Below, in pieces: positions 1-9,856 of a stretch of DNA of 64,000 nucleotides (position 1 is the stretch's first letter; the number at the start of each line of letters is the position of its first letter). This DNA comes from a virus. The stretch lies in the IMG/VR virus record IMGVR_UViG_3300043331_000728; one strand, 5' to 3'. The position numbers and the translations under genes were made by a program. The notes beneath the pieces are model-generated. The model ran no database searches, was not told the origin of the DNA, and worked only from the letters and a program-made list of their open reading frames with translations.

Positions 1-5
1 AGGAA

Positions 6-371
6 ATGCGGGTTGACCCGGACACCTTGCCGGCTGACCCGATCAAGGTTACCGCGACAGAGGTTGTTCCTCACGGCAATGGCACCAAGGAAGAGCCGCA
101 GCCCCACGAGGACAACGAGGTCGAAGAGGCCGAGGTTGTCGAGCAGGAACAGATCAGGCCTCAACCGCAGGCGAACCCGTTCCGGGTTGTGATGCTTCTA
201 ACTAAGGTTCATGGAGCGAAGTGGGCCATGACGGACGCCGCCAAGCGATATTTCGGGCAGGGCGGCATGAAGACGGCGAAAGATTTCCAGGCGTTCGCGC
301 AGCAAAACCCTGATGCGTGGCGTGATGGATGTGCCAAGCTCGTGGAGGCGTCAAAGCAACCGAAAAAATGA
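6..371 (+). CDS. hypothetical protein (may continue upstream of window)
   Basis: open frame from window edge; stop TGA overlaps ATG of next gene (ATGA at 368-371). Confidence 0.3.
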   Translation: MRVDPDTLPADPIKVTATEVVPHGNGTKEEPQPHEDNEVEEAEVVEQEQIRPQPQANPFRVVMLLTKVHGAKWAMTDAAKRYFGQGGMKTAKDFQAFAQQNPDAWRDGCAKLVEASKQPKK

Positions 372-712
372 ACATCCTTGGCCGCGACGTGCTGATGGGC
401 GCGTACATCGATGGCGTCAAGCAGTTGCGGAGCATGTCCACGGATGGTCAGGGTGGGTATTGCGTCATCGGCCTCCTGTTGCGGGAGGTTGGATGTCCTC
501 ACCTGCTAGACTACAATCTGACCGGTCCAGGCGTGAAGGAGGCGCACCAGGCCTGCTTCAGTCGATGTATGGCGCGATTCGAGGTTGACTACGACGAATG
601 GAAGCAACTGCAACATGAGAACGACATCCTCGGCTACGACTTCCTCACCATGGCGTGGGCGCATTGTCGGCCGACGACGGAAACAGCCGAGCAAGGCGAC
701 GATCAGCAGTAA
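368..712 (+). CDS. hypothetical protein
   Basis: ORF 329..712 with internal ATG at 368 coupled to upstream stop. Confidence 0.3.
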   Translation: MNILGRDVLMGAYIDGVKQLRSMSTDGQGGYCVIGLLLREVGCPHLLDYNLTGPGVKEAHQACFSRCMARFEVDYDEWKQLQHENDILGYDFLTMAWAHCRPTTETAEQGDDQQ

Positions 713-971
713 AGATGTGCTCAAGGGCGTCCGTAAGGAGATGCCAATTAAGCCTCCAAAGCGGGAGGTGCCCAAGACGGTATATAATCGCAAGAAGAAG
801 TGCGACTTTGGATGGGCTGGTGTCTATCCCGAGGAGTACTGAAATGGCTGGGAGCCCTTGACCAAGGCGGATAGTACCCATAGCCCGTTAGACCCCGACT
901 AACGTTAAGACAATTCGAGGGTGGCGCCGGTACCAGGGGAACGACCCATAAATGAGCACGCCGGTAGAAGG

Positions 972-1084
972 CTGTCGGGAAGGCCTGGGGACAACCGACA
1001 GCACTAAAAAGTCGGAGCCGCACCCACGGGGTAATCCTGCGACAGCGGTAATGGATGTCGGGAAGGCGTGGGACAACCGACACC
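972..1084. repeat. two ~30-nt imperfect direct repeats, each a GTCGG...CCGAC stem-loop, upstream of gene 1161
   Basis: ctgtcgggaaggcctggggacaaccgacag (972-1001) and tgtcgggaaggcgtgggacaaccgaca (1056-1084). Confidence 0.5.
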
Positions 1085-1160
1085 ACGAAAGGACAATCAT
1101 GAATCCAAGGAAGGAGAACACATGCATGATCACTAGTTAATCAACACCAAAGGAGTTCGT

Positions 1161-1901
1161 ATGCGCAGCGACATGAATCGCGTCGTGACCGAATCGCCTC
1201 GTCATGGGGGCGACGGCTCACGAATCCGGCGACCCCGCCGTGTGGGGGAGGAGTTCGAAAACCTCCCGAAGCAGGAAGGGATGCGCCGCTGTCACACCGA
1301 TCGCAAGATGTTCAGCGACCTGCTGGGTCCCCTCTTCGGCTTCCTCGACAAGCAAGTCGGCCGTCATTGGAACGACGTGTGGTCCGAGATGTGCGAGAGC
1401 CTCGACTTCCGTTCCGTGCAGGGCTTCCACATCAAGACCCACGTGGATCAGTACGTGGAGCGGGAAGTGTTCTTCATTAAAGGGGTGCCGCACCATCGGC
1501 GGGCCTTCTACAAGAGCTACATTCCGATCTACGATCTCTACGTGCATCCCGAGACGGGCATCCTGTGCAAGGCTAAACCGCGTCCGAAGTACGTCCACGT
1601 CGATAAGGAGGCGTGGAAGACCGTCAAGGTCAGTGACACTATTTCCTTGAAGTGGATCGATGGCCAGTGGTATGAATGCACGCTGGCTCCGGCCCTCAAG
1701 GACAAGGTGCGGTACGAGGTCGTGGATGGTGTCGCCGTAATGCACTACATCCACCGCAAGGGTGACCTGGTGCAGGTGTCAAAGAAGCAGCTCAGCAAGA
1801 AGGAGAAGAAGCGGCATGGAATCGGCGTTGCGCGCGACGTACGTCGACCACATGGGCGACGACCTCAGGGTGGTGAACGCCGCCCGTATTTCCTACGGTA
1901 A
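1161..1901 (+). CDS. hypothetical protein
   Basis: 246-aa ORF preceded by aaggag RBS; 3' end overlaps thyX start. Confidence 0.45.
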   Translation: MRSDMNRVVTESPRHGGDGSRIRRPRRVGEEFENLPKQEGMRRCHTDRKMFSDLLGPLFGFLDKQVGRHWNDVWSEMCESLDFRSVQGFHIKTHVDQYVEREVFFIKGVPHHRRAFYKSYIPIYDLYVHPETGILCKAKPRPKYVHVDKEAWKTVKVSDTISLKWIDGQWYECTLAPALKDKVRYEVVDGVAVMHYIHRKGDLVQVSKKQLSKKEKKRHGIGVARDVRRPHGRRPQGGERRPYFLR

Positions 1902-2472
1902 GACGGTCGACCTCTTCACCGAAAAAGACCGAGGTCTAATCAATTACCTCGCCAAGAACCGACATATGTCGCCGTTCGAGCACAACATATTGTCGGTAGT
2001 GGTGGAGTGCCCATTGTTCATCCGATCCCAGATTCATCGGCACCGAACGTTCAGCTACAACGAGGTGAGTCGTCGCTACACGTCTGACGGAATCGCGTTC
2101 TATATGTATCCAGAGGATGATGTGCGCGCTCAATCGAAGACGAACAAGCAGGGCAGTGAGGGTGTGGTGAGCCCTGAAATGGCCCAGGCATTTGTATCGA
2201 CGCTCACGGCATGGCTCGATGAGGGACAGAAACTCTACGATCAATTCGTGATCGAAGGCATTGCGCGAGAGCAGGCGCGCTCGTTCCTCGGGGTGAATCT
2301 GATGACGCAGTTCTATATGACAGGCAACCTCAGGAATTGGGTCCATTTCCTGAACCTGCGCCTCGATGAGCACGCTCAGAAGGAGTCTCGGATCGTAGCG
2401 GCCGACATCGAGAAGATCATCATTCAATACTGGCCGATCAGCTACCGGGCGCTGGTTGAACATGGTGCATGA
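1816..2472 (+). CDS. thyX: FAD-dependent thymidylate synthase ThyX
   Basis: ThyX signature RHRTFSYNEVSRRY (RHR...S...SxRY) and N-terminal AARISYG region. Confidence 0.85.
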   Translation: MESALRATYVDHMGDDLRVVNAARISYGKTVDLFTEKDRGLINYLAKNRHMSPFEHNILSVVVECPLFIRSQIHRHRTFSYNEVSRRYTSDGIAFYMYPEDDVRAQSKTNKQGSEGVVSPEMAQAFVSTLTAWLDEGQKLYDQFVIEGIAREQARSFLGVNLMTQFYMTGNLRNWVHFLNLRLDEHAQKESRIVAADIEKIIIQYWPISYRALVEHGA

Positions 2473-2637
2473 TGCTAATCGTACTGATTCACAACGATGG
2501 GACGGGGACTAACGAGAGCGCGAATTACGACTTCGAGGTGCTGGTGAACAAGAACAGCATCGCCCGAGGGAAGGTGGCAGGGCATAATCGGAATCACGGT
2601 TGGAAGGCCCTGCTGCTTCAGATCGCAACAAGTTCAT

Positions 2638-3825
2638 TTGTTTACGGAGATTTCGATGAAGGAGCTGAGCGAAAAGGTTAAAGTGTGGGAGCCGGAAGGC
2701 TTCCCGTTCGAACAGGGTGTGCTGAGCCAGGTCTACAACGTGGCCAAGCTGTCCATTACGCGCGCTGTCCGCCTGATGCCGGATGGGCACCAGGGTATCG
2801 GCGGTCCTGTGGGCGCTGTGGTTGCCACCGAGTCGGCTATTGTGCCGGCCCTGGTCGGTGTGGACATCGGGTGCGGGATGAACGCTCAGCCGCTCGAACT
2901 CTGGGCGAAAGACCTCCCGGACGACCTCAAGGCGGTCCGCGAGGCGATCGAGGATCGGGTGCCGGTCGGGTTCGACAAGTTCGACTCGGTACCGTCGTTC
3001 AACGCCGAGAAGTGGGGCATCCTGCACGAACGTTACAAGCGGATCGATGACAAACACCGCTTAGGTGGGGGATTGCCGATCCATCAGCTTGGTACTCTGG
3101 GTGGTGGCAATCACTTTATCGAGGTGTGCCTGGATCTCGATCAGCGGGTATGGGTGATGCTACACAGCGGCAGCCGAGGCATCGGTAACAAGATCGGCTC
3201 ACACTTCATCGCGCTTGCTCGCAAGGACCCGTGGCTAGAGGAGATGCCGGACGGGAATCTCGCATACTTCAAGGAAGGGTCGGAGCATTTCAACGCCTAC
3301 TGTGAAGCGGTAGCGTGGGCACAGGAGTACGCCTTCCTGAACCGTCAATGCATGATGAAGGCGGTATTGGAGGCCATCTCAGCCGCCTTGAAGCGATCAG
3401 TGACCTACCGGCTCGAACATCAGGCGATCTCCTGCCATCACAATTACGTCCAGAAGGAGACGCACGGTGGCAAGGAACTTTGGATCACTCGGAAAGGCGC
3501 TGTCCGCGCACGAGACGGCGACCTTGGAATCATTCCTGGCAGCATGGGAGCACGGTCTTTCATTGTCCGAGGCAAAGGAAGCCCTGAAAGCCTGCAATCT
3601 TGCTCGCATGGAGCGGGGCGACTCATGTCACGGGGTGAGGCTAAGCGACGGATCACTGTTGGTGATCACGCTCGTGCCACTGAGGGTGTTGAATGCCGCA
3701 AAGACGCCTCGGTCCTCGACGAAAGCCCGGCCGCGTACAAACCGATTGACAAAGTGATGGAGGCTCAGGCAGATTTGGTCGAGGTGCTACACGAGCTTCG
3801 CCAAGTTGTCTGTGTGAAGGGATAA
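2638..3825 (+). CDS. rtcB: RNA-splicing ligase RtcB
   Basis: RtcB motifs GGNHFIEV, SGSRGIGN, CSHGAGR; ~395 aa. Confidence 0.85.
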   Translation: MFTEISMKELSEKVKVWEPEGFPFEQGVLSQVYNVAKLSITRAVRLMPDGHQGIGGPVGAVVATESAIVPALVGVDIGCGMNAQPLELWAKDLPDDLKAVREAIEDRVPVGFDKFDSVPSFNAEKWGILHERYKRIDDKHRLGGGLPIHQLGTLGGGNHFIEVCLDLDQRVWVMLHSGSRGIGNKIGSHFIALARKDPWLEEMPDGNLAYFKEGSEHFNAYCEAVAWAQEYAFLNRQCMMKAVLEAISAALKRSVTYRLEHQAISCHHNYVQKETHGGKELWITRKGAVRARDGDLGIIPGSMGARSFIVRGKGSPESLQSCSHGAGRLMSRGEAKRRITVGDHARATEGVECRKDASVLDESPAAYKPIDKVMEAQADLVEVLHELRQVVCVKG

Positions 3826-3983
3826 ACGTTGCCGGCACTATTGCGCGGAGCACGCCGTCAGGTCACGCTACAGGCCATGAGCGATCAGGAGCTGATCATG
3901 CGTGCCCTGATGGCGTTGCTGCTCGCAGAGACTGTTTCTAAGCGGCGTCCGATCGCTGACGAACTCAAGAGAAGGCTAGGGAT

Positions 3984-4175
3984 ATGAGCCGTTCGCGTGC
4001 TGCTGCTCGTCTTGCCTGTCGTGCTCACGGCACCGGCAACCCGTGTCATTGTGGTCAGTCGATCGCCACGCGCGGAGAGGTGGAGTGTCGTCCTTGTGCT
4101 GGTTGTGGCCGGGTGATGCACTCGGTTTACGACGAGATGGCACACCAATCCCACAAGCAATCGAGACAAGCATGA
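3984..4175 (+). CDS. small Cys-rich protein
   Basis: 63-aa ORF with CHCG...CRPCAGCG; stop overlaps next ATG (ATGA). Confidence 0.3.
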   Translation: MSRSRAAARLACRAHGTGNPCHCGQSIATRGEVECRPCAGCGRVMHSVYDEMAHQSHKQSRQA

Positions 4176-4429
4176 CCCCTGCCCTGTGTGAGACGGTTCG
4201 GTTGGGTCGTTCCGGTGCGCGGTATGCGCGAGGGGCAATTCGGCCCGACATTCACGCTCGTTTTCTGCGTATAATCAAGCGCGTGGAAGCGAACGAGGCG
4301 CACATGAAGAAGACGGTGCTCAAACCGACCCGTCAGGAGGCTGCACAGTGGAAAGGGACGCCGAGCCGGCGGACACGGGGGAAGTTGGACTTTCTGGAGA
4401 GATACCTCCCGGACGTGAACGATTGGTAG
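4172..4429 (+). CDS. hypothetical protein
   Basis: ATG at 4172 inside ORF 4043..4429, coupled to upstream stop. Confidence 0.3.
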   Translation: MTPALCETVRLGRSGARYARGAIRPDIHARFLRIIKRVEANEAHMKKTVLKPTRQEAAQWKGTPSRRTRGKLDFLERYLPDVNDW

Positions 4430-4473
4430 AGCCTGCCGTAATTGCCCCTACAACAACGGCAGGGGACCTGCTC

Positions 4474-5247
4474 ATGTCGGATTCGAAGGGTAATTCCTTC
4501 CTTCGATGTGGGCAGGCCTACTACTACGCCTATCACGAACGGATCAAGATCAAGCCGTCGTGGGCGATCCGTGGTCGATCTAGCCACGCAGCCGAAGAGG
4601 CTAATTATCGTCAGAAGATGGATACTCACGTCGACATGTCACTCGGTGATGTGCAGGAGATCGCCGCTAATACCTTCGACAACGAGCTGAAGAACGGTAA
4701 GGAAGAGGTATTGTGGGGCGACGATGAAAAGCCTGGCGACGTGAAAGACCAGGTTGTGGATGGTGTGACTGTGTACCATCTCAACATCGCGCCGGCTGTG
4801 CAGCCGGTCATGGTCGAAGAGAAGGTCGAAACCACCCTGCCGTGGGGAACGCCCATCATGGGCGTCATGGACGTGGTGGATCAGAACACCGCCATCCGCG
4901 ACACCAAGCACGCTGCCTACGCACCGCGTGATGGTGAAACATGGTACGGCACACAACCGGGACTCTACGGCTGGTACTACCGTGAAGCGACTGGTGAGAT
5001 TCCTCGGTTCTTCTATGATTACGTGGTGTTGGGTCGTAAGAACGCCCGCAACCCAGAGGTGAAGGCAATCACGATCGAGGCCGAGGTGAATGAGCAGCGT
5101 ATCAACCTCGCGCTCCGTCGTCTCAAGGCAGTCGAGGGCTCTATTCGTGCGGCCATGAAGTCTGGTGACTTCCCAGCGAATCCGTCACCATTCAACTGCA
5201 ATGGCTGCGGGTATCGCAAGATCTGTCCGTACGCGATCAAGAAGTAG
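4474..5247 (+). CDS. PD-(D/E)XK nuclease, Cas4/RecB-exonuclease-like with Fe-S cysteines
   Basis: MDVVD...IRDTK (D..D/ExK) core; one N-terminal Cys plus C-terminal CNGCGYRKIC cluster typical of Cas4-like nucleases. Confidence 0.6.
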   Translation: MSDSKGNSFLRCGQAYYYAYHERIKIKPSWAIRGRSSHAAEEANYRQKMDTHVDMSLGDVQEIAANTFDNELKNGKEEVLWGDDEKPGDVKDQVVDGVTVYHLNIAPAVQPVMVEEKVETTLPWGTPIMGVMDVVDQNTAIRDTKHAAYAPRDGETWYGTQPGLYGWYYREATGEIPRFFYDYVVLGRKNARNPEVKAITIEAEVNEQRINLALRRLKAVEGSIRAAMKSGDFPANPSPFNCNGCGYRKICPYAIKK

Positions 5248-5258
5248 GAGGAGCCACC

Positions 5259-5492
5259 ATGCGGTGGGTGTTAGCGGTCCAGCTGATTTTTGTCGTGATC
5301 GTTCTGGCGCTGCTATTCAAACAAATCCTGCTGCCATTAGCGCAGGGTCGGCCGCTCTTTCCTTGGTTCCGGAGCAGGGAGGCGGCCTTGGTTCGAGAGC
5401 GCGCAGAGGTGTTGGAAGACATCGCTGAGAAGCGCCTCGAAGAAGAGATCGAAGAGCTTCGGAAGAAGATCAAGGGGGGAACACAAGGATGA
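5259..5492 (+). CDS. small membrane protein with coiled-coil tail
   Basis: N-terminal hydrophobic helix followed by EEIEELRKK; overlaps next start. Confidence 0.4.
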   Translation: MRWVLAVQLIFVVIVLALLFKQILLPLAQGRPLFPWFRSREAALVRERAEVLEDIAEKRLEEEIEELRKKIKGGTQG

Positions 5493-6679
5493 ACCCGTTA
5501 CGAGTGGCAGCCCTGGTAGTTGTCGTGATCGTGTTGATTGTGTTGGGGGTATCGATCGGATCATTGATCGAGATCAACGACGCCGGTCACATCATCGTGA
5601 TCCAGTACCCGCGTGGTGGTATGCGGGTCGGTTTCGATCCGGGTCCGTACCCACAGTGGTGGGGTACGGTGACGAAGTATCCGAAGCGTGACCAGTTCTT
5701 CTTTACCTGCAAGTCAAAGGAGGCCGATCACTCGCTGCGAGTCACCTTCAACGATGGCGGCGCAGCCAAGGTGTGCGGTCAGATTGCATGGGAGATGCCA
5801 TCGACCGAGCAGCACGTGCTGGATCTGCATTTCAAGTATCGGTCCCATGAGGCGGTCGAGCAACAGCTCGTTCGTCCCAGCATCGCCAAGTCGGTGACGT
5901 TCAGCGGACCACTGATGTCTTCAACCGAGTCATACGCGGCCCGGAAGAGCGATCTGTTGAACTTCATCGAAGACCAGATCAAGGGTGGCGTCTACAAGAC
6001 CGAGTCGATCCAAAAGCGCGAAAAGGACGTATGGGGTGTGGAGCGGACGGTTACATTGGTGACAATCCTGAAGAACGACAAGGGGCTATCCCTTCGACAG
6101 GACGACAGCCCGCTCGACGACTTCGGGATCAAGACGTTCGGACTCGCGATCGACGAGATCCTCTACGACCAGACGGTTGCCAATCAGATCCAGCAGCAAC
6201 AGGCTGCGTTCGCGCAGGTGGCTACAGCGGTCGCGCGAGCCAAGGAAGCCGAACAGCAGGCCATTACTGCTGAGAAGCAGGGGCAAGCCAAGGCGGCTGA
6301 GGCCAAGTGGCAGCAGGAGGTCATCAAGGCTCAACAGGTGACTGAGGCCCAGATGCGCAAGGAGGTTGCCGAGCTGGATGCAGCAGCCGCCGCAGCGACT
6401 AAGCGGCAACAGATTTTGCTCGGTGAAGGTGAGTCGGAGCGTCGCAAACTGGTAATGGCGGCGGACGGTTCGCTGGACAAGAAGCTCGAAACCTACGAGC
6501 GTGTGCAAGCCTTGTGGGCACAAGCGTTCAAGGATTACAAGGGTGGTCCGTTGGTGCCACAGATCGTGACCGGCAGCGGTGGGCAGGCTAGCGGCGGGAA
6601 CGCCGCCCTCGACTTCATGCAGATCATGGGCATGAAGGCAGCTAAAGATCTCGCAGTCGACGTGAACCAGAAGCGGTAG
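5489..6679 (+). CDS. SPFH/band-7 (stomatin-prohibitin-like) membrane protein
   Basis: N-terminal TM helix, SPFH-like core, long Ala/Gln/Lys coiled coil. Confidence 0.65.
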   Translation: MNPLRVAALVVVVIVLIVLGVSIGSLIEINDAGHIIVIQYPRGGMRVGFDPGPYPQWWGTVTKYPKRDQFFFTCKSKEADHSLRVTFNDGGAAKVCGQIAWEMPSTEQHVLDLHFKYRSHEAVEQQLVRPSIAKSVTFSGPLMSSTESYAARKSDLLNFIEDQIKGGVYKTESIQKREKDVWGVERTVTLVTILKNDKGLSLRQDDSPLDDFGIKTFGLAIDEILYDQTVANQIQQQQAAFAQVATAVARAKEAEQQAITAEKQGQAKAAEAKWQQEVIKAQQVTEAQMRKEVAELDAAAAAATKRQQILLGEGESERRKLVMAADGSLDKKLETYERVQALWAQAFKDYKGGPLVPQIVTGSGGQASGGNAALDFMQIMGMKAAKDLAVDVNQKR

Positions 6680-7053
6680 TGGCTATCCATGGGCGTGGGG
6701 GATTCATTCCCCCACGCTTCTCTACCAGTCAGTACGACATTCTCGGGCTGGTCATCAAGTATCCTAATTTCGTGACCGTGCTGCGTCGGTGTGGACATTT
6801 CTGCGTCATCCTTATTGACCGGCCAGTGTGTTGCGAATGTTCGGATCGCATTGACTCCCCCTGCGAAATCTGCAAGATTAGTGTCCCGAGCGAAGAGACA
6901 CAATATCAGCAGAAGCGGGAGGAGATGAGTGCCAGTCCTATCATTCAAGAAGCTCGACGCAGCAGCTTCAACACCAACCTACGCGAACCCAGGCGATGGT
7001 GGCGCAGACTTGTACGCGTTGCACGGCATCGTTCTATGGCCGGGCGGACGTGA
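6679..7053 (+). CDS. Cys-rich family member (CxHxC...CCxC...CxxC), only + strand copy
   Basis: RRCGHFCVILIDRPVCCECSDRIDSPCEICK; ORF runs 125 nt into dut. Confidence 0.5.
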   Translation: MAIHGRGGFIPPRFSTSQYDILGLVIKYPNFVTVLRRCGHFCVILIDRPVCCECSDRIDSPCEICKISVPSEETQYQQKREEMSASPIIQEARRSSFNTNLREPRRWWRRLVRVARHRSMAGRT

Positions 7054-7360
7054 GGCCGTCAGGACCGGGATTGCGGTTGCTATTCCAGACGGCTACGCCG
7101 GGCTCGTGCTTCCGCGTTCAGGGTTGGCGCGTAAGCACGGCGTCACCCTCGCCAACGCCCCCGGCCTTGTAGACGCCGGGTATCGAGGCGAGCTGGTGTG
7201 CGTCATGGTCAACCACGGCAAGGACCACTACATCGTCCAACCGGGTGACCGCATCGGACAGTTGATGATCGTGCCGATAGCAACACACACGTTCGAAGAG
7301 GTAGCGGAGCTGCCAGAGAGTCAACGGGGCGCGGGTGGCTTCGGCTCCTCAGGGAGGTAG
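6929..7360 (+). CDS. dut: dUTP diphosphatase
   Basis: dUTPase motifs AGYRGEL, RIGQLMI, RGAGGFGSSG. Confidence 0.85.
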   Translation: MPVLSFKKLDAAASTPTYANPGDGGADLYALHGIVLWPGGREAVRTGIAVAIPDGYAGLVLPRSGLARKHGVTLANAPGLVDAGYRGELVCVMVNHGKDHYIVQPGDRIGQLMIVPIATHTFEEVAELPESQRGAGGFGSSGR

Positions 7361-7544
7361 TATGCCGTTCTACAAGAAATGGCAGTTCTGGACGTTGTTT
7401 GGCGCCGCTATGCTGGACACGGTGATTCCGTTCCTTCCGCTGGTGGCATGGGGACTACTCATCGCGGCCATGGTGGGTCGACAATGGATGTTCCCAATCA
7501 CTGAGTTACTGGATGGTGCAACCAGCGGCGCGGAGGAAGTATGA
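7335..7544 (+). CDS. small membrane protein
   Basis: 69-aa hydrophobic ORF. Confidence 0.35.
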   Translation: MASAPQGGSMPFYKKWQFWTLFGAAMLDTVIPFLPLVAWGLLIAAMVGRQWMFPITELLDGATSGAEEV

Positions 7545-7780
7545 GAGTCTTTGGATTTACCTTCGTACGATGGCCGTACGCTGGGCGACACGAGAAGTGG
7601 TTCGATGCCCGCCTGACTGAACACGAGCGCATGGTGGCGCGCTTCAAGGACACCATGGCCGAGCACAGCAGCGATCTGAAGGGTGTGGCTGATGCCATCG
7701 TCGCATCGATCAAGGTGCAGCAGGACGACTTGACGCGCATCAACGCGTTGCGCGCGAAAGTGGACAACATCATCTCGTGA
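7541..7780 (+). CDS. hypothetical protein
   Basis: 79-aa ORF overlapping upstream stop. Confidence 0.35.
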   Translation: MRVFGFTFVRWPYAGRHEKWFDARLTEHERMVARFKDTMAEHSSDLKGVADAIVASIKVQQDDLTRINALRAKVDNIIS

Positions 7781-7905
7781 TGAAGTCGGTGTTTGCGATC
7801 CTTTCTGCACTACTGGTGGGATGTTTATTCGTGCTTGCATCCATCCAGTAGTGCAGCACATTCTGCTCCCTTCTCGCGAGATATCTCTGGTACCCTCATC
7901 AGGAG

Positions 7906-8394
7906 TTGCCGTACATCATCCATACCCACCCTGAGGAGGGACACGTGGTAGACGAGAACGCACCCGCCAAAGCGAAATATATCAACAAGACGGTCGAGGG
8001 GGTCATTACCTCGGTCGTGTTCAAGCAGTCACAGAGCCAGCGCAGCTACTCCGTGATCGTGTTGGATGGGCAGGAATACACCTGCTGGGACGACACAGTG
8101 GGACAGATTGCGCAGACTGCGATCGATCATCGGGTGAGCGCGAAAGTGTCACAGAAGGAAGGCACTTCGTACTGGAACATTCGCGGGATCGATGTGCTTG
8201 GACCGGCCACGACCACGCAGGACACGCCGGCTGACGAGGGGCTGTCAATTCGTATCGCTGCTCTACATGCCGCATCGCGCGTCTACGCGGGAACGTCCAC
8301 CGGTAATGCCGAGGTGATCACCGCACTTGCTCGCTCCTTCGAGATCTACTTGATGGGGCTGGATGTAGACGGCGACGGCAATACGGGGGCGTAA
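7906..8394 (+). CDS. hypothetical protein (possible OB-fold)
   Basis: 162-aa ORF; abuts next gene. Confidence 0.4.
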   Translation: MPYIIHTHPEEGHVVDENAPAKAKYINKTVEGVITSVVFKQSQSQRSYSVIVLDGQEYTCWDDTVGQIAQTAIDHRVSAKVSQKEGTSYWNIRGIDVLGPATTTQDTPADEGLSIRIAALHAASRVYAGTSTGNAEVITALARSFEIYLMGLDVDGDGNTGA

Positions 8395-9855
8395 ATGCCC
8401 AAGCGCGCCCCGAATCAGTCTCCCATGAAGTTGGCGCTGTATGACCCCAGCGGTCAGCACCCAATTCATGCTGAGACTGTTTATGATCCGATCGCAAATC
8501 GCGCTGAATACCTTGTGTTCGATCGATCGACGCAAACAATTCTGGGACGACAGGACGAACTGACGTGGCCCCTTGATCAAGTAACATACCGTCCGTACAA
8601 CGGCGGGTTCGATGGTGGGCCGAACAATCTGCTCGCCCTAGAAGTGGTGCGATTGCCTAGCGACGCTACCGACTATGGAGAAGATGACGATCTATTCATG
8701 TCGGTGCAGGGGTTTATCGCGACCTATATGCACTTACCGAACGAGCGCGACTACAAGATTGCTGCCACGTATGTGTTCTTGACGTGGATTGGAGATGCGT
8801 TCCCTTCGTTGCCGTACCTGCGAGTTCGTGGGGACCTTGGTGGTGGTAAGAGCAGGTTTTTGAAAACTGTTGGCGCGATCTCGTACTGTCCGATATTTGC
8901 ATCCGGGGCGGCCACAGTGTCGCCGCTGTACCGAATTCTGCAAGTATTGCGACGCGGGACGTTCATTCTGGACGAAATGGATCTTGGGAACGGAACAGGG
9001 CAGGGTAACCCTGAGGCGATGGAGATCGTGAAGATCCTCAACCTCGGGTATGAGAAGGGCACCGCTGTCCTCCGCACCGCCAAGGACTCGCCCGGCATGG
9101 AGACCGAGGCCTTCGATACCTTCGGACCGAAGGTGCTGGCGAGCCGCAACCTGTTCCCGGACGCTGCCACCGAGAGCCGATGTCTGACAATCCCGTTGCC
9201 GGTCGAAAACCCGCCAGAGAACATCCCGTTGAACCTGGGGCGTGGATTCTGGAACGATGCAGCCATGCTGCGAAACCAGTTGTTGTTGTGGCGGTTACGG
9301 AACTTTCGCATCTACACCGACATGGCAAACATCAGTCTCATCAACACCGCCCCGCGCACCAGGATGTTGATCGCCCCGATGACCATGGTGTTCAACGGGT
9401 CTACCCAAACCGATCTGCATTCAGTCCTGTTAGAGTTCGCTCGTGACATGGACCGCGAGGTGCAGACGAACCGGTCGCTCGACTGGGAAGCTGAAGCGCT
9501 CCGGCACATCCTTGAGCTGATCGAAGCCCGGCCCGCCCTGATATCGGGAGGAGAGCTTACCGATACAATAGCGATCCCCACCGATGAGCTGCTGGCCCGG
9601 ATCAATGAGGAGCGAGAGAGCGTCCATGAGGGCAAGATGGAGAATAAACGCCATCTGCACGAGACCCTGCGGGTGCGCCTGTCGCTTAAGGTGGATCGGT
9701 TCGGCAAGGGGAACAAGTATGCCCTGTTGACCACCCGGCAGCAGATCAACGACATTGCCTCTCGATTCGGCCTGATCGATCTAGAGACGGCTCCCGAGCC
9801 GGGCAGCAACGACAACCCGTACCTCGAATCCCCACCAGAGCCCCCCGAAGACTAG
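8395..9855 (+). CDS. P-loop NTPase (candidate replication initiator/helicase-associated)
   Basis: Walker A GDLGGGKS, Walker B FILDEMD; directly followed by iteron region. Confidence 0.5.
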   Translation: MPKRAPNQSPMKLALYDPSGQHPIHAETVYDPIANRAEYLVFDRSTQTILGRQDELTWPLDQVTYRPYNGGFDGGPNNLLALEVVRLPSDATDYGEDDDLFMSVQGFIATYMHLPNERDYKIAATYVFLTWIGDAFPSLPYLRVRGDLGGGKSRFLKTVGAISYCPIFASGAATVSPLYRILQVLRRGTFILDEMDLGNGTGQGNPEAMEIVKILNLGYEKGTAVLRTAKDSPGMETEAFDTFGPKVLASRNLFPDAATESRCLTIPLPVENPPENIPLNLGRGFWNDAAMLRNQLLLWRLRNFRIYTDMANISLINTAPRTRMLIAPMTMVFNGSTQTDLHSVLLEFARDMDREVQTNRSLDWEAEALRHILELIEARPALISGGELTDTIAIPTDELLARINEERESVHEGKMENKRHLHETLRVRLSLKVDRFGKGNKYALLTTRQQINDIASRFGLIDLETAPEPGSNDNPYLESPPEPPED

Positions 9856-9856
9856 C

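Noticed and set aside
1218-3057. Long antisense ORFs rich in Arg/Ala/Gly opposite thyX and rtcB (e.g. 1218-1754, 2509-3057). Similar antisense ORFs lie at 36729-37727, 37337-38467, 41446-42501, 47217-47864 and 55409-56035.
   Set aside because: These are typical GC-rich antisense artefacts. They have low-complexity composition and lie opposite genes with clear homology.
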